Assembly: GCA_001275005.1 (NCBI GenBank)
Contig: JWZX01002168.1
Location: 1-43,375, forward strand
Direction of reading: 5' to 3'
Length of the DNA: 43,375 nucleotides
DNA from: Chrysochromulina tobinii
Lineage: Eukaryota
A program made the position numbers and the translations under genes. The notes below the pieces were generated by a model. That model worked only from the letters and a program-made list of their open reading frames with translations. It was not told the DNA's origin and ran no database searches. This document shows positions 18,847 to 31,100 of this stretch, piece after piece (the stretch's first letter is position 1; each line of letters opens with the position of its first letter).

Positions 18847-21800
18847 TCACGGCGCCACGATGGAGCCACTTGCCCCAATGTCGACGACATTGCTCGAAAC
18901 CACCGGCCCGCCAGTTGCCTGATAGAGGACGAGGCGCAGCTGCGTGAACATCGAAGGTGGCGAGGGCGCCCCGCGCGAGACGACCCACGAGAGCGTACGT
19001 GCCTTGTCGTCCCAGCTGAAGGTGGTGCCGCGCATCGCCGTCGCCGTCGCGTAGTCCGTCGTCTCACCATCATCCTCAATCATCTGGAACGCGCCGTCCG
19101 CGCCGCCGTACACGCGCACCTCGAGCGGCCCACCCGGCAGCGCCCCAGTGTACTGCAAGAGGGGCACGAGGGGAACGATGGCGCCCGCGGGCGCAAACAC
19201 GGGCACAGCGGTGAAGTTGTCGTCGCTGTGAACCACGTCGATCGTGGGTCCCCTGATGGGGATCGTCCTCGTACCTTCCTTATTTGGCTCCGTGTCGAAG
19301 GGATACCACAGCCCCTCAGGCAGGTAGGCCGGGCTCTTCTCAGTCTCGCTTGTGAGGATCGGCGCGACGAGGAGCTCGCCGTCGAGCCACTGCGCAGTCA
19401 GGTCGGTGACGACGGGATCGTTCGGAAAGGCGGCGGCGAGCGGGCGCATCCACAGTCTTCCGGTGGTGTGCATCGCATGTGCGAGGGAGTAGTGGAACGC
19501 GATGAGGCGGTAGCGCTGGTTGAGAGCGCTGCGCATCCGGCTCGCGTATGGTTCGGGCCACAAGAAGGGGAAGTGCGGCTTGGCGTTCAGGGTACTGTGC
19601 ACCCTCATCGTGGGGAAGAAGGCGCCCGCTTGCATCCAGCGCGTCAGCAGCGGGCCGTTGGTCTCTCCAGTGAAGCCGCCGATATCGCACGCTACGTACG
19701 GCGCACCCGCAAGACCCCATCGGAGGATCATCGCGGGTGTGGACAGGAGATCGTCCCAACTTGGGTTGATGTCGCCTGTCCATACGGTAGCGCCCAGTCG
19801 CGCCATGCCAGGCGACCACGCGCGGTTGATTGAGTAGAAGCGCGCCGTCGAATTGTGCGCTGCGAGCGTCTGCTGCTGCGCCAGGTTCCAATAATAAAAG
19901 GTGAAGTAGTCGGTCTCGCCCTCGTCGTTCCAAAAGAAGCTCACGCCGTCGCTCAGGTAGTGCTGCTGGTGCGATACGTACCATTCCCGCGCGGCCGGGA
20001 TGCTGTAGTTGAGGTTACGCTGCTCGGCGTACAGTGATTTGGAGTGCAGCGCCCGCATGGTCTCAGGGGTCTCGCTCAGATTGCGCGGCGGCGCGTCGTA
20101 CTGGGCAGTCTCCCCCCCCGGCAGCACGAAGCCCTTTTGGCGTGCCTCGTCGAGCAGCGCCGTGTTGCCGAGCCGGGGCTTGCGGATGCCGCCGAAGCGA
20201 ATGTGCCTGTCCTCACGGTACGACTGGAACTGCTGCTGCGGCTCCGGGAAGGTGGTGGCGCCGTACCTGATGAGGGATGCACTCAATGGTAATCAGTGGT
20301 AATCAAGGGTATCAAGGGATGCCGCGTAGCTGATGAGGGGCGCAATCATCGATGAGGGGCGCAATCACGGCTGCGGCTCCGGGAAGGTGGTGGCACCGTA
20401 CCCAAAGTCAGTGTACCACGAGACTCCTTCTGGGGTAATCAGTGGCAATCAGTGGTAATCAGTGGTAATCAGTGGTAATCAAGGCACCGTACCCAAAGTC
20501 AGTGTACCACGAGACTCCTTCTGGGGTAATCAGTGGTAATCAGTAGTAATCAGTGGTAATCAAGGCATCGTACCCAAAGTCAGTGTACCACGAGACTCCT
20601 TCTGGGGGGAAGCCGTAGTCGGAGATGTTTGTGAACCATTCAAACTGCGATGAGGGCGGGAGTCGAGCGAGCGTGCGAGTTCACAGCGGGTTCACAGCGG
20701 GTTCATCCGCGTCTCATGGGCGGTCAGCAGTCAGCATGCAATGAGCGGCTTCATCCATGCAATCAACGGCTTCCTCCGCGTCACATGGGGTCAGCAGTCA
20801 GCACGGGTGCACACGCGCGCGGCAGGTCGAGGGGTCCCGGCTCGCACATCGCCGATTGGATATTGGAGGTAATCCGTGGTAATCAGTGGTAATCAGTGGT
20901 AATCAGTGGTAATCAAGGCTCGCACATCGCCGATCATGGCGTCGATTGGGTATTGGCCGTCGCGGAACTGCTGGAGCATCGACTCAATGTACGCGCGGTC
21001 CTTCCATCCCCAGCGGGACGCGAAGAAGCCGAACGCGTATCGTGGCGGCACGGCCGGGGCTCCGATGAGGGCATAATACGATTGCGTGCCCTCGTCGAGC
21101 GTCGACGCGGGCATCAGGTACAGCTCGAAGCCCGTGCCCCGTCTGGGGTGATTCCACGTGACGGCGCTCGTGGTGCGGGTGAAGGTGCTGGGGAAGAGGT
21201 TCGTCTTGCCGCTCCCCGTCGTCTCGCTCTCCGGCACCACGCCAAGGCAGCCGTAGCCGTCGGTGGACCAGTAATAGGGGGCGAAGACGCGCGTGTTGTC
21301 TACGACCGGGGACACCGTACCCGTGATGCTGAGCGCCCTGGCGCTCTTGTCGGCGCCCGCCCCGTACAGCGTGCTGGTGGGCGACGCAGAGAGGACCAGG
21401 CTGCGGGGCCCGAAACCAGTCCCTAGTGTGCGGTCTGAGCGCGGCATCGTGCCATCGATGGCGGACATGAGCCAGCAGTTGCCTTCGGAGTCGCCCGGCT
21501 GTCCATAGATCCAGTGGGCGCATCCTTTCGTGGCCTTGCACTTGCTGCAGCACTCGGCCTCGTTGTGAACCGTCGCCGGATCACCCGCCCGCGTCCCAGC
21601 CGTGATGTCGGTACCCTGCTGTGCCGCGCACGTGTCATTCGATGAGCCACCGTCAATCGGCATGGAGCGCGTCAGCTCCTTGCCGTGCGCGTCGAGGAGC
21701 ACAAGCTCGGAGTTGGGAGACACGAGAACGCTGCCAATGGAGGCAGCCACGATGCCCGTGCCAGTCACACCAGACACCTTTTCGAAGCTTGCATCTGGCC

Positions 21801-21990
21801 CTTCAGGAGCGACCATTGGCGTGTCTATGGGAGCCTCGCCAGCGGTCGTGAGGAAGCGCACACGGAAGGCCGAGGTGCCTCGCGTGGACAAGGCGATCGA
21901 TCCAGAGCCAGAGGGGAGCGGCACGACTACTTCCGCGTCGAGCGCGGCGGCGGCCATGGCGGCGACGCCCATAACGAAAAGTGATGTCAT
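18847..21990 (-). CDS. Glycoside hydrolase family 31 (alpha-glucosidase/xylosidase-like), secreted, with a PAN/apple insert (~851 aa, 2 inferred introns)
   Basis: PPRYAFGFFASRWGW, YPIDAMIGD|FEWF, FFWNDEGE (nucleophile), WTGDI (acid/base), CDIGGF, RWMQAGAFFPTMRVH; PAN-like ECCSKCKATKGCAHW..CWL. Introns 20645-20925 and 20267-20573 restore the frame (2,556 nt). Confidence 0.9.
20267..20925 (-). repeat. Intronic (CTGATTACCA)n arrays with exon-copy tandem duplications
   Basis: The + strand shows (TAATCAGTGG)n and three copies of GTACCCAAAGTCAGTGTACCACGAGACTCCTTCTGGGG. Confidence 0.88.
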
Positions 21991-22046
21991 GAGGCTGGAT
22001 TGTGGGCGGCGACACCGATGACGAAACCGAAGCTCAAAGGTCAGCT

Positions 22047-23162
22047 CTAAAGTTCGAGGCGTTTCGACGCCGCCTGAGTACAAATGTACCGCCGCTGAAC
22101 GTACGTACATCCTCGAGCGGCAGGTGAACCGCCGCTGCTGCCGCGAGTGCGAATCCCACCGACGGGCTGGTCGCTCGTCGGGGCACCCGCCATGCGAGTT
22201 TGGTTTGAGCTCCGACGGCCCTCGCGCCCTGCAGGGTCCTCGCCCCAGCCGAAGCTACGACCAATAAGGGCGTAGAGCTCGGCATTGTGCGGCCGGAAGA
22301 AGGCATCAAGCTTCGCTAGTTCCACAGTGGCGAGTCGGCCGACGTACCCCGCGCCGCCCCACTGACCGCCCGCGTTGCGCTCGGCGCCCGTCTGGCCCTT
22401 CTTCTCTAGCGAGGCCATCATCGCGGAGGGTATGGCTAGCCCTGCATGCGCCAGCACTCGCCGCACCGTCGGCAGCGGGTCAGCGTAAAACTCCTCGGAG
22501 CACTCGACGAGGACGCTCTCGCGACCAAAGTGCGCAAAGAAGCGCGCAAGGTGGCGCGCGTACAGGCCGTAGTTGAAGAACATGCGCACCAAGTTCGGCT
22601 CGGCTGGGCACTCGGGTGCGCATGCTATCATCCGATCCAGGCTGGATGCAAACTCGTCGTACGTCGCACGCTTCTGGGCCGCTCGGTGCTCGTTCATGCC
22701 CATGTTGTATGCGGAGTAGAAGCGATCGCTCGGATTGCGCAGGATTGTCACAAGCCGTGCGCGCGGCCCGAGCTGCTGCCGCATCATCGCGATGCGCTCA
22801 TCGGGCAGGACGAGGTAGTCGGGCGATGCGTCAAAGGCGATGGCCGTCGACGTGGCAGCCTCGACCTCAGGGCACGCAAACAGCCGACGGTACCAGCAGA
22901 GATTGACGCCGGCCTCGATCCCACGTGAGAAATAGCGTACTTCTTTGTCCCACGTGCACATCGACTTCCGCGTCAACCTTGGCCAATCACTTCTGCCGCT
23001 CTTGCAATCTGGGAAGACGATGTCGGGATGCGCTCGCAGCATGTTCGCCAGAGCAGTCGTGCCGCATTTGCGCGCACCGATGAGCAGGAGTGATGGAAGC
23101 AAGCCACCCGCGGTGGAGCAGGACGCGTTTGCGCTGCAGTCGGTCGCCTGGGAGGAAGCCAT
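22047..23162 (-). CDS. PAPS-dependent sulfotransferase (heparan-sulfate O/N-sulfotransferase-like fold)
   Basis: 5'-PSB LPSLLLIGARKCGTTAL, KEVRYF, FDASPDY, 3'-PB LRNPSDRFYSAY, GLYARHL, FFRPHNAELY. First ATG at 23162. Confidence 0.88.
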   Translation of the reverse strand: MASSQATDCSANASCSTAGGLLPSLLLIGARKCGTTALANMLRAHPDIVFPDCKSGRSDWPRLTRKSMCTWDKEVRYFSRGIEAGVNLCWYRRLFACPEVEAATSTAIAFDASPDYLVLPDERIAMMRQQLGPRARLVTILRNPSDRFYSAYNMGMNEHRAAQKRATYDEFASSLDRMIACAPECPAEPNLVRMFFNYGLYARHLARFFAHFGRESVLVECSEEFYADPLPTVRRVLAHAGLAIPSAMMASLEKKGQTGAERNAGGQWGGAGYVGRLATVELAKLDAFFRPHNAELYALIGRSFGWGEDPAGREGRRSSNQTRMAGAPTSDQPVGGIRTRGSSGGSPAARGCTYVQRRYICTQAASKRLEL

Positions 23163-23488
23163 TAAGCGGGCTTCACGCCCCCCTCGTGTGAAAAACAACA
23201 TCGCGGTACATGCATGCTACGGCACTGTTACTGCCCGCTCAGAAAACACACACGTTACATCTCGTGTGCGTGTCGGTTTGTGAAAGCCAGAAAAACCCAA
23301 CGCGGTTCGCGGAGCGTACCGGTACCGGTATGCGCAATTGGGTATGCGACGGCACTAATACTCAGTCAGATACGATCTCCAATCGTATCTGACAAGCTCA
23401 CCACTACCGGATCTCAGCCTGCTTGCAGGAAGTCGGATGTTGAGTATACAGTCTACAAAACTCGACATGTCGCCGGAGGTCAGAAACG

Positions 23489-24808
23489 TCAGACACGCCG
23501 GTGGTGCTGCTGCTCCGGGGGGGCGGGGTCGCGGGGGCGCGGCGCGGCACGAGCGACATGCACGGCCTTGAGCTCCTTGAGCTCTGTAGCTGGTGGCGGG
23601 GCGGTTTCTGGTGCTGCAGCATCCGCTAGCTCCTCGATCAGCTCGATCTCGAGCCAGGTCCAGCCGCTCGGTCGGACCCCCGCGGTATGCAAGGCCGCTG
23701 CCGCCATCGCGTTCACCTGCTTGCGTTGCTTGACGCAGTTGTACATGAGCACGCCGAGTGAGCAGATGGCAAATCCACTCAGGTTCACAACCGTGAGGTG
23801 ATCGCCGCGGGTAACTGCCGCCAGCAAGATGGTGAGCAGCTCCTTGAGGATGCCCAAGATGGATAGCGTCAGGGATGAGGTGAGCTTCACCAGCCAAAAC
23901 TCGGCGAGCAGCAGGGCGAACACGAGAGACGAGACGATGGTGAGGAATACAAGCAGCTGCAACGAGAGCTCTGCGGAGCTGAGAAACGGGGACTCGAGTA
24001 TCTCGCTCTCGAAGGCGAGTGCCGGTACCAGCGCACAGATCGCCGTGACGGGCGAGATGTACATCACGGAGCCCAGCGGATGGGAGTGGCGGGAAAGGAG
24101 AGCGGAGGGAGGCTCTGGACCCACGGCCGGCGCAGCGCCATTTGAATGGTCGGCGCTGGGGTGGTCGGCGCTGGTTCTGCAGCTTGAAGCGTCGCTGGAC
24201 CTGGCGCTCGTGGAGCTCCCGATCGACTCGCCGCTTCCAGCCGCGCGGCCTTTCATCAGAAGCTGGGTGAGAGCCCATCGGAGGCCACTCATGGCGGCCG
24301 AGGCAAGGCCGGTGAGCAGTCCAAACCCGCTGAAGCTGACTTCGGCGGACGAGGCCAGACCGATGCCAATGCACACAAGGGCGATGCTCGCCGCGGTGAG
24401 CGTCGACATTGGCTCGAGCCTGAGCAGCCAGCCAGCGAGCAAGACGAACGCCGGAATCGTGCCCTTGATGATCATGTGAAATGAGACGGACACCATGAGC
24501 AGACTCCAGTTCGAAAAGCCGATGTCTAAAGCCGTGCACAGCCCGATGGGCACCACCACCTTCTGGATGGTCTTGCGCGCGAGGGCCGGTTGGCGAAAGC
24601 GTGGAAGGCGTGTGATCAGACAGGCAAGCGTGGCGACTACGGCGTTAGTGGAAGCTGTCATGACGAATGGATAGTGGAATTCGCGGTTGGTGAGCAAGTG
24701 CTTGTTGGCAAAGACGATTGTGATGCTGGCAAGATACCATGTGAGAATCAGTGCTAAGATGACCAGGTGGCGTCGCCACGTGGGCGCGTCCATGCCACAC
24801 AAATCCAT
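23489..24808 (-). CDS. Nucleotide-sugar/triose-phosphate transporter family (SLC35C2-like) membrane protein
   Basis: About 10 hydrophobic segments; WY..SI.IVF.NK, FHYP, ALDIGFSNWSL, SGLRWALTQLL, LVKLTSSLTLSILGILKE. ATG at 24808. Confidence 0.88.
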   Translation of the reverse strand: MDLCGMDAPTWRRHLVILALILTWYLASITIVFANKHLLTNREFHYPFVMTASTNAVVATLACLITRLPRFRQPALARKTIQKVVVPIGLCTALDIGFSNWSLLMVSVSFHMIIKGTIPAFVLLAGWLLRLEPMSTLTAASIALVCIGIGLASSAEVSFSGFGLLTGLASAAMSGLRWALTQLLMKGRAAGSGESIGSSTSARSSDASSCRTSADHPSADHSNGAAPAVGPEPPSALLSRHSHPLGSVMYISPVTAICALVPALAFESEILESPFLSSAELSLQLLVFLTIVSSLVFALLLAEFWLVKLTSSLTLSILGILKELLTILLAAVTRGDHLTVVNLSGFAICSLGVLMYNCVKQRKQVNAMAAAALHTAGVRPSGWTWLEIELIEELADAAAPETAPPPATELKELKAVHVARAAPRPRDPAPPEQQHHRRV

Positions 24809-25144
24809 GTCTTGTCGGTCGCCATGCGAATTTGCGCTGGCTGTGCGTACGCGCGTCCAAGAGCCCCGGGGAGGGACCGACGCGCAAATAACCCAAACGC
24901 GGCAAGTTCGATCCCTTCGAAGGCTGATTCTGAATCTCTCAGCGCGTGAGAGGAGGCGCACACATGTGGGCACAGCCTGCACGCACTCACCGCTGCGCAG
25001 AGTAATGGGCACGGCACATCATGATCAGGTACCGCAGTACAACATACTCCCAACTCAGTCTTCCTCGTCCGCTCTCTCCCACAGGACTCCCCAAAACCAC
25101 AAGACACGCCGCCTGTTCACTGATCGATAGTCATCCTCTGGCCT

Positions 25145-28100
25145 TCAATTCACATTGAGGTCGATGGCGCGCAGAGGGGCGAAGCTTACATCCTCGTCCT
25201 CGGTGCACAGCATCGCGAGGGGCTCATCCACCGCGCAGCGCCGTGCAAAGTTGTCGAGCGCCGCCGCGCGCGCGTCGGCGTCTTGCTCGTCGCGCCCGTC
25301 GTACGGGGCCAGCGTAAGGAAGCCACCGCCAGCGTGCACGTCGCGCCCAAGCGAAGGGGCGACGAGCAACAGCTTGAGCAGCTCGCGCAGCTCCGATGCC
25401 TCATCTCGCGAGCCGCGTCGCTCGAGCACCTTGGCGTAGATGGAAGCGAGGGTCGAGAGTGTATCGGGGGCATCGGCGAGAGCGATGAAACCGCTCGCGG
25501 CGGCCGCCTGCTCGTGGAGGGTCGAGATCGCGTGCAATAAGAGGCCATCAGAAGAGGAAATCAAGAGGCAATTAACGACACTCGCCTGCTCGTGGAGGGT
25601 CGAGATCGCGTGCAATCAGAGGCCATCAGAAGAGGCAATCAAGAGGCAATTAACGACACTCGCCTGCTCGGCCGCGGTCGCGACTCCGTGAGGGTCGTGA
25701 TCGCGTGTAATCAGAGGCTATCAAGAGGCAATCCAGAGGCAATTAACGACACTCGCCTGCTCGGCCGCGGTCGCGACTCCGCCTCGGTGCGTGCTACTGC
25801 CGCCTCTGCCGTCGCGCCCTCCACGATCGAGACTCTTGTCGAGGTCGCGAATCCTCTCCACCGCCTCGGGCGGCGCGGCCAGCAGCTTCCGAGCCGCCGC
25901 GGCCAACTCGAGGATGTCCGTGGGCAGCAGCACGTTTGCGGGCAGCAAGTTCGCTGACCTCGTCAGCTCGCGAGGAGGGGTGCTCACGCGTACGGTCAGC
26001 GAGGGAGGCTGTGAAGAGGCCGGCTGTGAAGGGCCTCCGCCGCTCTTGCTGCCGCCCCGGCCTCGGTCGTCCCGGCCTCGATCGTCCCGGCCCTGGTCGG
26101 CGATGATGAGAGCGCGCGGGCGGAAGATAGTGCCTCCCTCGAGCACCACGTGCTGCGTGGGCGGCTCGTGCCGATCGTACCGATCGCGCGAGCCCGAGCG
26201 CGCCGGATCGTAACGGTCGCGATCCGAGCCACCCCCTGCAGCGGCCGAGATGGTCGCGAGGGGCAGCGCGCCCCACCCGAGGACCACCACCCTCTCGGGC
26301 TTCTCGGGCTCGACACCGGCGGACCGCTCGTCGCGACCATCTCCGCCGCTACGCCCAAGACGGTCGCCGCCGCGGTCGCCAGAACGGTTGCCAGCACGGT
26401 CGCCGCCGCGCTCGCCGCCGCGGTCGCCGCCGCGGTCGCCGCCGCCACCCCCCTTCGAGCGACTTGCGATGGTGACAGTGAGCTCGAGCAGCAGCTGAGC
26501 GCCACGTGGCATCGAGGCCGAGCGCAAGAGCAACTCACGAGAGCCGCGGGGCAGCAGCCACTGGTTGCGCTTCTCGTCGTAGTCGACGTCGAGGGAGAGC
26601 GTGTTCGCAAAGAAGGCATACTGCGCGCCCGAGGCGGCGCTCGGCGGCGGAGCCGAAGAAGGGCGCGCAGGGTCGTAGCGGTCGTAACGGTCGCGGCTAG
26701 ACGTGGCCGTCGGCGGCGGCGCACGCGTCATCTCAAGGATGGCGACGCGCATCGCCCGCCGTGTGATGAACTCATCTCGCGCGAGCTCCGGAGGCGGCGG
26801 CGCGCTCGCAATGTCATCGAGCTCGAGCAGGTAGCTTGGTGCTTCGAGAGGCACGAGCATCTTGAGGTCGTCGATGAGGCACGCGCGCTCGGAAAGTGGC
26901 GCGGTCACGTCGGCCGTGAGGACGGCGGAGAGCGCGTTCAGGTGCAGCCGCTGCCGCCCGCTGATCGGAGAGAGCGCGAGCGGTAGCGGAGGACGCTTCT
27001 CTTCCCCGCGCCGCTGTCGCTCGTCGTCGTCATCCTCACTGCGGTCGCGGTCGCGGTCGCGGCCGCGGTCGCGGTCGCGGTCGTTGTCGCGGTCGCTGTC
27101 CCGCCCCTTGTTGGCCTCGCCGCGCTCCTTGCCCCCTTTGGTGCGCCGCCCATCCTTCTCGTCCTCCTTGCGGTCCTCCCTGACTGCCTCGGGCAGCCAG
27201 CGCAGCGCGCTCAGCACCGACACGCTCATCGTGAGCGCGCCGACCGACACCGCCTTGCCGCCGCCGCCGCGCCGGCCGCCCTTCTCTTTGGGCTGCTCGA
27301 CCGGTTCGAGCGACCGGCGCACATTCGTCCAGTCGCCGTCTGCGGCAGCGCCCTCGTCGCCCTTGCCCTTGCCCTTGCCCTTGTCCTTGCTGCCTCTCGA
27401 GTCCTTCGCGTCCTTGGGCGGCGGCGTGCGCAGCTCGCTCAGCGGCAGGCGCAGCGTGCCTAGCAGCATGCGGTTCTCGCTCAGCCCGTGCTTGCGCTCC
27501 AAGTCGACGCCGTACAGGTTGAGCACCACCGCCTGCTCCGCCTCGGGCAGCTCCTTCAGCTTCTTGGCGAGCTCATCACGAGATCTCTTGAGCTGCGCGG
27601 TCGCCTCGCCCTTCGCCTCAGGGTCGCGCGTGCGCAGCTCGAGCGCCGCGCTGGGCGTCGCGTGGTCGTGAGCACGTCCCTTGCGCCGTCCGAGGTCGAC
27701 AGGGGGTGAGAGTGTCTCCCCCATCCCGAGCACCGAAATGCCCACCTGCAACGCGTCCACGCGCTCATCGAGCTGCTGCGGATCCGCCAAATGGACCGTG
27801 TGCACCGCCACGTGGACTCGCGTCGCTCGAAGCTCCTCGCGCAGCTTGCCCAGCGCCGAAGCGGCGAGGAGGTCGACGGTGACACTCGCGACCGTCTTGC
27901 CGCCCTCGCGCGCGAGCGTCTGCTTGTGCTTCGTGTAGTCGCCGTTCTTGAGCGTAGTCTCCAGGTTGAGCGTCGCCTCACCTGCGGCGTCAGTTGGCCG
28001 AGCTTCGTCAGAGAGGCAATCAGTGGCAATCAGTGGCAATCCGTTGCAATCAGTGGCCATCAGAGGCCATCAGTGGCAATCAGTGGCCATCAGAGGCCAT

Positions 28101-31100
28101 CAGTGGCCATCAGTGGCAATCAGTGGCAATCAGAGGCCATCAAAGGCCATCAGAGGCAATCAACGAATCTCACCCAGTTCGAAGCGTAGCTCCTCGTCGC
28201 GCTCGCCCTTGCTCCGCGAGGTCTGGCCGCGCGCGGCCGAGGCGGGCGCGAGGGCATGCAGCACCAGGTATACATCCGAGTCCTCGGGCGCCACGGTCGC
28301 AAGCGCGTCGAGCAACGCCCTGCGCGCGGGTGCACCGGCCGACGTAGCAAACGAGCGCTCGAAGGCGAGCGGCTGCGTGGTGCCGTCCTTGTAGAGGTTG
28401 AGCCTCTCCGTGTACAGCGGCGCTTCCTTGCTCGTGATCCCCTTGATGTCAATCTCAATCTGCACCGTGTCGAGACGCTCGAGGCGGTGCTTGCGGATGA
28501 GCTCGTCGATCAGATCGGTCCCTTCGCGGCTGAGCTCGAGCCCCTTGAGCGTCATGCGCAGCGGCTCGTCGACGGTCTTGCCGCCACCGCCACGCCATGG
28601 CGGCACGTCCCCACCCTTGCTCTCGCCCTTGCTGTCCTTGTCCTTGTCGTCCTTTCCGCCCTTGGTCTTCTTGGGCGAGTAAGACTCTCCTCGCGCATGC
28701 GCGGCCGAACGCTCCGCCTGCTCTGCCTCGGCTTCGATGGCGCGGCTCGCATCCTGTGGAGAAGGAGAGGCAATCAGAGGTCATCAGAGGTCCTCAGAGG
28801 TCAGCAGAGGTCATCAGTGACGGGGCGCCGTAATGAGCGCATCGCACCTGCTTCTCCTTATTGAGCCACTTTTGGAACTCAGAGAGCGCCTCGGTGCATG
28901 CAAGCGAGACGACGAGGGTGCCCACGCCCTCCTTGCCACCCGCCGGATCAGCATCTGCCAGCTCGAGCTTGCGCTCCTCGACGTCGTCGCCGAGCTTCAT
29001 CAGCTCGACCAAGTTGAGCTTCGCCTTGCCGAGGATCGAGCCCTCGGGCTTCTTGTCCGAGCTCCCTGCCTGCTTGGCCTCCTTGTCGCTCAGGCCGTAC
29101 AGCAGGAACGTCACATTCGACGCTTCCTTGTCGTCCTTGTTAGCGAGCAGCTCGAAGAACGCGCGGCGCTCCGCGGAGCCAACCGCCAGCCCGTGCGCAT
29201 GCGACCACTTGAGCGTCGTCTTCTCGTCACCCTTGTGCACCGACGAGCCGAGCTGGAGGGTCTTTCCGTCGGCGGCGGGCACCTCGATCCAGATGCGCAG
29301 GTGCGCTGGGGGCTTCTTCTTCGCCTTGCCGCCGAGCGTGAGGGAGTGCAGCTGGAACGTCATCTTGTACTTGGTTGCGAGCGCCGCCACGTCCACCGCC
29401 TTCTCGCTGCCGCCTGCGCCCGCCGCCGCCGAAACGGTCGACGGTGCGGCGGCCGCAGGCTTGTCAGTCGCGGGTGCACCTCCGCCGCTGCTCTCGCTGT
29501 TCACACTCCCCTTCACACTCCCCTTGGCGGCGGCTGGCGTCTTGCCGTCCGCTTCGTCGGCGATCAGCTTGAGCGCGGAGAAGCCCTTGACGGCGCACAC
29601 GAGCGTGCCGATCACGGCCTTGGAGCCAGATTCGACGAGATCGAGCGCGCCATCAAAGTCCTTCTGGTCGGCCAGGAGCTTCTCGAGCGAGACACGCCCG
29701 AGGCCCACCTGAGGAAGGAGGCGATCAGACGACATCAGGGATGCAAACGACATCGGGGTGCAATCAATGGTAATCAGTGGTCATCAAGGCCAGACGCTCC
29801 CCCCGAGGCCCACCTCCTTGCTGATGCCCTCCTTGTCTGTAACCACCGCCGCGAACTGCACCTCGCTATCCTCGGGCTCGCTCGTCTTGAGCGCGCGCAC
29901 AATCGCGGTGCGGAGGTCCGTTCCACCGGCCACGTCGTACGTCTGCTCGAGGGCGAGCGCCGTCGAGGTGCCATCCTTGGACTCGATGGTGATCGGCTCT
30001 GTCTTGACCTCGAGGCTCGCCACGCCGACCATGTCGATCAGGATGTGAAGCGTGCCGCTGCCGGCGGCCGCGGCGCGCCGGCCGGAGGAGGCGGCTGCGC
30101 CTCCGACGCTCGTGAGCACCGCCTTGCTGCTGATGGTGATGCTCTTGATCGCCACGGTGAGGGTGCTCGAGGCCACAGTGCGCACCGCCTCGGCCGTGAG
30201 CGCGCGCAGTCCCGCGAGGCATTGAGTGGTTACGAAGAGCGCGCCGGCTTCGGAGGCGCTCTTCGACGAGCCATCGCCTGCCCGGAGTGCAACGCGCGTC
30301 TTCGTGAGCTCGGCTCCCGTCGAGAGTAGTGTCGCCAGGGAGAGGCGCGCCGTCGCGATCACCGGCCCGTCGGCGGACCCGCCAGCGGACGCGGGCGCGG
30401 GTGCGGGCGCTGCTGGCGCAGGCGCGCCACCATCTCCAAAGACGTCAGAGTCGAAGAGGGACGGCGGCGGGTCGTCGGAGCTGAAGTCGTGCACGACGCC
30501 CTTGTCCTTGGGCTTGGGCTTCTCTGCTGTGGGTGCACTGCCGCCACCGCTACCCCCCGACGCGGCCCGCAGTGTGAAGACGACCTCCGAATCGACGGGC
30601 GTCTTCTTGGGCGCGAATGCCTTGATGGCGGCCTCACGTGGCGCCGTGCCGGGCTCGAGGGCAAACGAGGCGTCGAAATTGGCGGGAACGGCCTCACCCG
30701 CCTTGGGGGTGAGCGCGGCCGAGGTGCTCGACACGACACCGAGCAGGTCCACGTGGATGACCAACGGCGCGATGGGCTTGGGCGGGCGCACGAGCAACAC
30801 CTCATGCACGGACAGCTTGAGGTTCACCGAGCCCGGCGCGCCGCCGCCAGAGCTCTCCTTGAGCGTGCGAAGCGCGGCGAGAGCGACCACCGAGACGCTC
30901 AGCGTCCCAAGGGTCTCCTTGCCGTTGGGGGAGAGCACGGGGCGCGGCGCCATGGGTGAGAGGTCCTGCCCGGCCGCGAGCAGCGCCTTGAGCGACACGT
31001 GGCAGATGCCGTACGTCGAGGCGCTGCCGCTTCGGTCGAGGGTCTCAACCACGAGCTGAATCTCGCTCTCCTCCTCATCGGCCGCCTCGAGCGCCGTCGC

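Noticed and set aside
27982..28173. Interstitial telomere or satellite
   Set aside because: The units are not TTAGGG-like, are degenerate, and are confined between splice sites in transcript orientation.
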